DNA of 53,415 nucleotides from Acidiferrobacteraceae bacterium (GTDB lineage Bacteria; Pseudomonadota; Gammaproteobacteria; HyVt-429): NCBI GenBank assembly GCA_011052015.1, contig DRJZ01000142.1, positions 1 to 53,415 of the forward strand, read 5' to 3'. Shown piece by piece: positions 50,745 to 53,415 of this stretch (position 1 is its first letter; each line of letters starts with the position of its first letter). The notes under the pieces were generated by a model. It saw only the letters and a program-made list of their open reading frames with translations, ran no database searches and was not told where the DNA came from. The position numbers and the translations under genes were made by a program.

Positions 50745-50946
50745 TTTCCAGAAACCGTTCCTTGGTCTCTTCGAGAAAAGCGATGACTTGAGCTTTGGTC
50801 ACTGTTGGAAATCCTTCCAGGAAATCCGAAATGGACTGTCCAGCTTCGAGATACTCAATGAGTGTCTGCAATGGAATCCGTGTGCCGATAAACACTGGCG
50901 TACCGCTCAAGATATCTGGATCAGAGGTAATGATATTGGATTTCAT
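50737..50946 (-). CDS. DUF433 family antitoxin
   Basis: DPDILSGTPVF.GTRIP...L..G.SI.DFL..FP. Confidence 0.9.
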   Translation of the reverse strand: MKSNIITSDPDILSGTPVFIGTRIPLQTLIEYLEAGQSISDFLEGFPTVTKAQVIAFLEETKERFLESA

Positions 50947-51025
50947 GCTTAATAGAGTGTACAGAAAAGGGGATAAATATCAATATGGCAGAAACAACTT
51001 ACTGGACGCCCTGATTTTTACGGAA

Positions 51026-51126
51026 CTTTCCAGATATGGCAATATGTGTCCATATCTGGAAAGAACTGGCTATATCTGGAACTATATGTCCAAACATGGA
51101 AAGTGTGTTTAATAACAATGTTATCT
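51026..51126 (+). mobile_element. Copy 3 of the repeat, ending in an attI-like core AATAACAATG|TTATCT
   Basis: Perfect 14-bp inverted repeat 51026-51039/51050-51063; GTT at 51120 followed by an ATG at 51132. Confidence 0.65.
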
Positions 51127-51131
51127 AAAAA

Positions 51132-51862
51132 ATGAAATCACTACACGAAACATATTCTGCAATATCAGATATTATTGGGGCCAAGTTGAATCTTTTGAAT
51201 CGGTTCAGCTGGTTGAGACATATCGCAAATATCTGAAGCCAAATAAAGTGGAAATTATACTTCTTGCTGAATCCCATGTGTTTACTGATGATTCAGATCG
51301 CGAGATTTCTATCCCAGAAATTGAGGCTCTTCCTGGTTACCCAAACCAATATGCTCGTTTTGTATATTGCCTTGGTTATGGTGAAAGAAATTTAACAAAA
51401 AATAAACTTCACCCAAAACGTGATGGTACTCCTCCATTCTGGAAAATTTTCTTCAGCTGCAACAATCTAATCAATTCTTCTCAAGGCTTTAGCCCTATCC
51501 TAAGAAAAACACCTTTTGAACAAAGATTGAATAATAAAATCAACCTCCTTAAGGCACTAAAAGAAAAGGGAATTTGGCTTGTCGACACAAGTATAGTAGG
51601 CTTATACAAAAACGGTAAGAAAGTTCCAGGCATGTTTCAAGCAATGGAAAAATCATGGCATCTCTATACCTGTGATGTCGTAAAGTCAGCATCACCAAAT
51701 CATATTATTTGTGTCGGTAAAGGTGTTGCTGGTGTGGTGAAAAATGATCTTCAAAAACATTTTCCAAATAATTATTCTGTGGTTTCGCAACCGACAGCTT
51801 TTCTTTCATCAGAAGAACACATGGAAAACTTCAAGCATTTCAGTAAAATTTGCTACAAATGA
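51132..51862 (+). pseudogene. Frameshifted uracil-DNA-glycosylase-like cassette gene
   Basis: The ATG 51132 frame (MKSLHETY...) stops early; the second frame continues QVESFESV...YLKPNKVEIILLAESH...GIWLVD...IICVGK...QP; one base apparently missing near the G-run at 51177-51180. Confidence 0.6.
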
Positions 51863-51905
51863 ATGAACACAATCTACCAAAAGCACTTGAAGGGAATAGT
51901 GAAGC

Positions 51906-52442
51906 ATGCAGACACTTATTATCATTGCATTTGGTGAACTCTCCGACGTGCACTGGAAGGAAGAAGTCGCGGCAGAGGAGACACGAGTGCGCAAGCGAAT
52001 CGCGTCTTATAAAGGTAAGCCTCCCTTGGAGGCTGAGGTTGCCGCAAGGAATATCGGGCGCGGAGCCGATTGGCTGATCTTGGCTATCTCTTTTGGGGCT
52101 GCCACCATTGCTATTTCGGAAGTGCATAAGAAAGTCCGCGAGAGCATCGAAGAATGGATTCGAATGTATCGGGAACTACGTGCATTCTTCAGCTGGATCG
52201 TGGAAGGGCGACACGCCCTTTATCCAGACGAGTATCTCTTCCTGCAGGCTATCGAGACGCTGGTGGAGCAGTTGGTTTTGGAGAGCATGGAATTCAAAGG
52301 GATGGCGAGAATTCCCGAAGCTAATCCGGATCGCCAGGGCCGCGAAGCGCTGATATTTTCGTTTGGCGACAGCCGCAAATTGCTACAAGTGGCAATAGCC
52401 AGAAGCGGCGAGGTTTTGTGGCAAAATTCGGTGGAATTGTAG
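51906..52442 (+). CDS. Hypothetical cassette protein with one hydrophobic segment
   Basis: 178-aa ORF, higher GC than its neighbours, directly followed by attC. Confidence 0.7.
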   Translation: MQTLIIIAFGELSDVHWKEEVAAEETRVRKRIASYKGKPPLEAEVAARNIGRGADWLILAISFGAATIAISEVHKKVRESIEEWIRMYRELRAFFSWIVEGRHALYPDEYLFLQAIETLVEQLVLESMEFKGMARIPEANPDRQGREALIFSFGDSRKLLQVAIARSGEVLWQNSVEL

Positions 52443-52449
52443 AGTTTTG

Positions 52450-52524
52450 GCCTAACCATTGCGTCCAGCCGACCGCCTGCGTCGCTGCCACTCCTTCGGC
52501 GTCGGCTGAGGCAAAACGTTATAA
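52450..52524 (+). mobile_element. Integron attC site
   Basis: R'' GCCTAAC, L arms CAGCCGAC/GTCGGCTG, R' GTTATAA; 75 bp; lies between a stop codon and the next ATG. Confidence 0.88.
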
Positions 52525-52537
52525 GGTCTAAAAATAC

Positions 52538-52924
52538 ATGCAAGTATATTTTTTATGGGCTGCTACTGTAATGAGCATAGTCACTTTCGCAGTGCACACT
52601 TTTATCGGTGGTCCAATTGTAGCTGGGCCATTGCTTGAAAATACGAGTTTGTCAAAAGCTTCAAAATGGCTCAATTATTATACTTGGCACGTTACAACTA
52701 TTTTCACTTTTACTATGGGCGGTGCGTATGCGTACGTAGCACTAAATCCTAATCGTCCAGAATTAGTCGTCTTTCTAACAGTGGTTACTGCTTCTTTATC
52801 TCTTTTGAGTGCAGTAGTAGCGTTGAAAGGAAATATTAATCCCTTTCGCTTTCCATCAACGTCACTTTTCGCTACTTGGCCTAGTCGGTATATTGGTGGA
52901 ATGATTAAAAAGAAAATCCCTTAA
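52538..52924 (+). CDS. Small membrane cassette protein, C-terminus possibly truncated
   Basis: Three to four hydrophobic helices with HTFIGG and TWH motifs; starts 13 bp after attC R'; no downstream attC. Confidence 0.7.
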   Translation: MQVYFLWAATVMSIVTFAVHTFIGGPIVAGPLLENTSLSKASKWLNYYTWHVTTIFTFTMGGAYAYVALNPNRPELVVFLTVVTASLSLLSAVVALKGNINPFRFPSTSLFATWPSRYIGGMIKKKIP

Positions 52925-52936
52925 GAAAGAATATTT

Positions 52937-52998
52937 GGGGTCAGAGTAGAAACTCTAATTTTTTAGAGAAATGTTCTAAATGTTTTTACTCTGATCCC
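52937..52998. repeat. GGGGTCAG-type palindromic element
   Basis: GGGGTCAGAGTAGAAAC / GTTTTTACTCTGATCCC inverted arms; another GGGGTCAGA at 53122. Confidence 0.65.
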
Positions 52999-53075
52999 GA
53001 AATGCTCCTCAATTATTTCGTTCTAATCTTTCGTGATATCTTTGGATATATATATTATACATATATTATTTTTAA

Positions 53076-53112
53076 GCGGAGCGCAAAATTTATGAAAAAG
53101 GAATATGATTTT
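53076..53112 (+). pseudogene. Possible relic of a BrnT/BrnA toxin-antitoxin junction
   Basis: Overlapping frames read AERKIYEKGI* and MKKEYDF. Confidence 0.4.
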
Positions 53113-53253
53113 AGAAATCATGGGGTCAGACACCGTGGAATTATATTATCGCGGCCTATAGGGAAAAGGGTGATGAGGTTAAGAAAGCCGGTCAAACAAT
53201 AGGGCACTTCTATTAATTGACAATTCCTTCTACCCCACGAGGGGCACCGAGGT

Positions 53254-53410
53254 CCCCCAGGGAGAAGGTGAGGATGACGACTGTATGGAAGCAGGTAGAG
53301 CAACGCAGGACGCAGTTGCCGAGGGGATATTAAAATCAATAAGTTACTCTTGGTTGACTCCCTCACCCTCGCCCTTTTATGCCCTAGGGGTACTCCCGGA
53401 GGGAGAAGGT
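53254..53410. repeat. Fragments of CCCTCACCCT...GGGAGAAGG palindromic repeats
   Basis: CCCCAGGGAGAAGGTGAGG near 53255, CCCTCACCCTCGCCCT at 53360, CTCCCGGAGGGAGAAGGT at 53393. Confidence 0.45.
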
Positions 53411-53415
53411 ATTAA

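Noticed and set aside
49096-51063. Three palindromic ~35-bp repeats as a CRISPR array
   Set aside because: Spacing is 0.7-1.25 kb with whole genes in between, and there are no cas genes
53002-53366. 66-aa and 82-aa ORFs at the right end
   Set aside because: Built from repeat fragments and low-complexity AT-rich sequence; no coherent protein family

Overview
Chromosomal window from a gammaproteobacterium. 0.3-12.5 kb: divergent ergothioneine genes (egtB, egtC / egtD), an ArsR-acyl-CoA synthetase-acyltransferase trio, an FMN glutamate-synthase-family gene, gdh and clpB. 13.8-26.6 kb: a surface-glycosylation region with two DPM1-like GT2s, two polytopic membrane proteins, a subtilase with a beta-barrel-like tail, a CugP-like nucleotidyltransferase and an unusual CofD/YvcK-GT2 fusion + HAD + GlmU-like operon. 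26.6-48.9 kb: the core block htpG-folD-tRNAs-tig-clpP-clpX-lon-hupB-tRNAs-ppiD-fabI-oppABCDF. 48.9-53.4 kb: an AT-rich variable region. Main observations: (1) tRNA-Arg(UCU) is split inside its anticodon by a 389-nt ORF-less group I intron. (2) A second copy of that intron's 3' splice site lies upstream in the same predicted transcript, a permuted intron-exon-like layout. (3) A 1.4-kb integrase-less mini-island with intact att cores sits in tRNA-Lys(CUU). (4) An integrase-less integron-like array has three copies of a palindromic attI-like region, two attC sites, TA cassettes and a diverged oppF fragment. (5) A short palindromic element is inserted in frame in clpB. All calls come from reading motifs by eye; no database searches or folding programs were run.
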